From Asterias rubens (lineage: Eukaryota): a stretch of DNA of 64,000 bases. The stretch lies in NCBI RefSeq assembly GCF_902459465.1, contig NC_047080.1, forward strand, positions 11,966,001 to 12,030,000, in the 5' to 3' direction. The translations under genes were made by a program, and so were the position numbers. The notes under the pieces are model-generated. The model saw only the letters and a program-made list of their open reading frames with translations, was not told the origin of the DNA and searched no databases. This document shows, in pieces, positions 61,401 through 64,000 of the stretch (position 1 is the stretch's first letter; each line of letters begins with the position of its first letter).

Positions 61401-63903
61401 AGGGCTAGATGGCCAACATAGAGCTAGATAGCTCAGTTGGTATTAAATTTGGCTTTGTTCAACCCCAAGTTACAGCCCATTTGTAATGGTTTATGTTCTC
61501 AAGGAACCATTATTATTTTCATTTTTTTTTCTCATGATAAAACTTGCATATTCATTTTGTTCTGTTCTCGTTGTAAGTGCATGCTTTATTATTCAAATGT
61601 ATTCTAATTATCTCTCGACTCCAAACAAACATTGGTCACATTTGCTTCTAGAGAAGTTTGTTGGTCTCACTTTTACGATGTCCCTTTTGGTTTTGTATCT
61701 GAAAAACAAAGCCATGACATCCTGGCTCTGTAAAAAAAAAAAAAAAGTCAAGACAAGTCCCAGGTTTCAACTGGTAGGAACCCCACCCCACACAGCTCTG
61801 TCTTGCAGACACTTTGTGGACATTACTGTGTTCTGTACACATAAGAAAAATTGTATTCTACAACACTGTAAATAACAATGTGTGGACGTATGTAAGTCCA
61901 CATAGTGTTTCAAGTCTCTACATAATGTTGACTTCTTTTTGTTTCCAGGTCCACATTTTATATGTAGCATTAAAACAAACACGCATAAGGAGACTTCAAT
62001 CCAGCTTTCCATGTCATTTTAACAAACACGCATAAGGAGACTTCAATCCAGCTTTCAATGTCATTTTAACAAACACGCATAAGGAGACTTCAATCCAGCT
62101 TTCAATGTCATTAAAACAAACACGCATAAGGAGACTTCAATCCAGCTTTCCATGTCATTAAAACAAACACGCATAAGGAGACTTCAATCCAGCTTTCCAT
62201 GTCATTTTAACAAACACGCATAAGGAGACTTCAATCCAGCTTTCAATGTCATTTTAACAAACACGCATAAGGAGACTTCTATCCAGCTTTCAATGTCATT
62301 AAAACAAACACGCATAAGGAGACTTCAATCCAGCTTTCAATGTCATTTTAACAAACACGCATAAGGAGACTTCTATCCAGCTTTCCATGTCATTAAAACA
62401 AACACGCATAAGGAGACTTCAATCCAGCTTTCCATGTCATTTTAACAAACACGCATAAGGAGACTTCAATCCAGCTTTCCATGTCATTTTAACAAACACG
62501 CATAAGGAGACTTCAATCCAGCTTTCCATGTCATTAAAACAAACACGCATAAGGAGACTTCAATCCAGCTTTCGATGTCATTTTAATTAACAAATGAATT
62601 TCATTGCATTACAGCTGGTTGTCTGGTAGTTTTGTCTGTGATGCGTCAACCTGCATAGCAACCCGCTCGGTACTCTGCGTTGAACAGCACGATGACGGCA
62701 CAACTATTCGAGTAACGGACCTTTCTCGCTGTCCCGCTGATGTTCCATCAACTACTCAGGCTTGTGCGGACGATGCATGCAGGTACAGCTAAGTTTGTTT
62801 AAAATGTTAAGAAAATAAATAATGTAACGCCACTACAGGGTTGTGGTTTTGTCTGGATTGATCCTAATATGAAAAAGCTGTATAACTTTGTATCAACTCC
62901 AATGGTTTGTGGTTCAAATACAACAAAAATGTTCCATAACTCGGTCACTTTTTGATGTTTGTCCACTCGTTGGCGATTGCTGATTTGTAGCATTGGCTGA
63001 CCTTAATGACCTATATGATGGGTTATGTAAAGTGCTTACACTGCCAGCAACTTTTTTGTTAGCAAAACCAATTCTATAATGTTCCTTTAAAGTTAATATC
63101 CGGATTGCATGTGTTTCTTGTCGACAGGTACTCCTTTGTGATAGTAGCAGTCGGTGCTTGCTCAGTCACATGTGGTGACGGTTTCCAAACGAGAACAATA
63201 TTCTGTCAAGATGCCACCACTGGCAATTCCGTCTCTGAGTCACTCTGTAACGCCAACACGAGGCCTGCATCTACCCAGAGCTGTGCAACTGGAGTGACTT
63301 GCCCTGTCACTGTCAGCTATTTCTTGGGAGAGTTTGGACAGGTTAGTTGAAGTTCCTAATGCTTGTAATTTTGTTGTTGCCCTACTCCGATGTGTAACGT
63401 TGAGACCCCTCGATCCACTAAAGCGAATGTACTTTCCCGACCCTCACACCACTGGTATTAAGCTTTGTATACTCGCTACCTTCCCGAGTTGTGTTAAAAA
63501 AGTTTGATAAACTCTAACCTTCAGCGCCTACTAAGGGGTGGCTACATGGCCCATGGTTTGACATATTTGGTTTTAATAATAATAACAACTGCATTTATAT
63601 CGTGCGCCTAACACCTTTAAAGAAAGTCTCTAATTTTGATTTAATTTCTGACTAGATTTTCAAATGTAAAAGTTTGGGATGATATAAATCTTAATTGAGA
63701 TTTGTTTTTCTTTATAGTGCTCAGTTACTTGTGGGGTGGGAGTACAAACCCGAAGTGTGACCTGCCGCAACAACCTTGGAGAAATCGTTAATAATATTGA
63801 CTGTACCAATGCTGGTCTAGTCGCTCCTTCAGCCACCCAGGCATGCAGTGTTAACGTTGCCTGTCAAGAAAATATCCGCTACATCGCTGGACAACTCAGC
63901 ACG
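52487..63903 (+). CDS. ADAMTS-like secreted zinc metalloprotease with TSP1 repeats, 3'-partial
   Basis: Exons 52487-52573 (signal peptide), 56327-56378, 56729-57003, 57423-57594 (Cys-switch-like ACD), 58003-58148 (furin RQKR), 58352-58435, 58632-58729, 59323-59472 and 59863-59997 (HEIGHSLGMYHD, Met-turn NIMA), 60524-60683, 60984-61082, 61233-61303 (disintegrin-like), 62615-62782, 63128-63341, 63718-63903 (CSVTCG TSP1 repeats). Continues beyond the window. Confidence 0.93.
53159..53290. mobile_element. ~132-bp MITE
   Basis: Inverted near-identical copy of 36093-36226. Confidence 0.85.
54039..54077 (+). ncRNA. Minimal hammerhead-ribozyme-like motif (Penelope-associated variant)
   Basis: GCCT-TCGAGAA-A-GACTC(TGCTA)GGGTC-GAAAC-GTC-AGGC gives stem I, a U3-A8 variant core, stem II and GAAAC/GUC; truncated copies at 19548-19660 and 59178-59285. 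Confidence 0.55.
60245..60412 (-). mobile_element. tRNA-derived SINE with V-domain-like body
   Basis: Minus strand A box GGTGTAGTAGTG, B box GGTTTGAATCC, then GCGTGGGTTCTACCTGG...TTTTCCTCCCACATCTAAAAC. Confidence 0.6.
61974..62584. repeat. 47-bp minisatellite, 13 copies, in an ADAMTS intron
   Basis: Unit AACAAACACGCATAAGGAGACTTCAATCCAGCTTTCCATGTCATTTT with a few recurring variants; period 47 from 61974. Confidence 0.97.
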
Positions 63904-64000
63904 GTGAGTAAATGAATACAGTCTCCAATTTTAACTACTAACATTTTGATACAGAGATGCAGCATGGATGAAAGTTTTCATTGTTATTAATTCTGTAATT

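Noticed and set aside
61974-62584. CRISPR-like array
   Set aside because: Contiguous near-identical units with no unique spacers, no cas genes, and a eukaryotic intron context.

Overview
AT-rich, intron-containing animal genomic DNA; repeat content and a triple-domain adenylate kinase suggest an invertebrate deuterostome, probably an echinoderm (inference). Six spliced genes were reconstructed by eye from GT-AG junctions with consistent phase. They are (1) the 3' part of a BET bromodomain gene (BRD4-like, +, 439-14129) with an apparent short/long isoform switch, (2) an unannotated two-exon secreted prepropeptide gene (-, 20565-21460, 176 aa), (3) an AK5-like adenylate kinase with three AK domains (-, 20 exons, 905 aa), (4) an SLCO/OATP transporter (-, 8 exons, 689 aa), (5) IMP3 (-, 6 exons, 181 aa) and (6) the 5' part of an ADAMTS-like protease with atypical architecture (+, from 52487, runs off the window). 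Introns and intergenic DNA carry many TTAA-flanked (Kolobok/T2-like) and GGGCCC-ended MITEs, SINE and LINE fragments, Penelope-like hammerhead-ribozyme repeats and tandem repeats. The most interesting item is the orphan prepropeptide: its C-terminus after RKRR/KK (MPLSIARPMP) resembles both vertebrate Elabela (CMPLHSRVPFP) and apelin (LSHKGPMPF). No database searches were run; protein identities rest on recalled family motifs.
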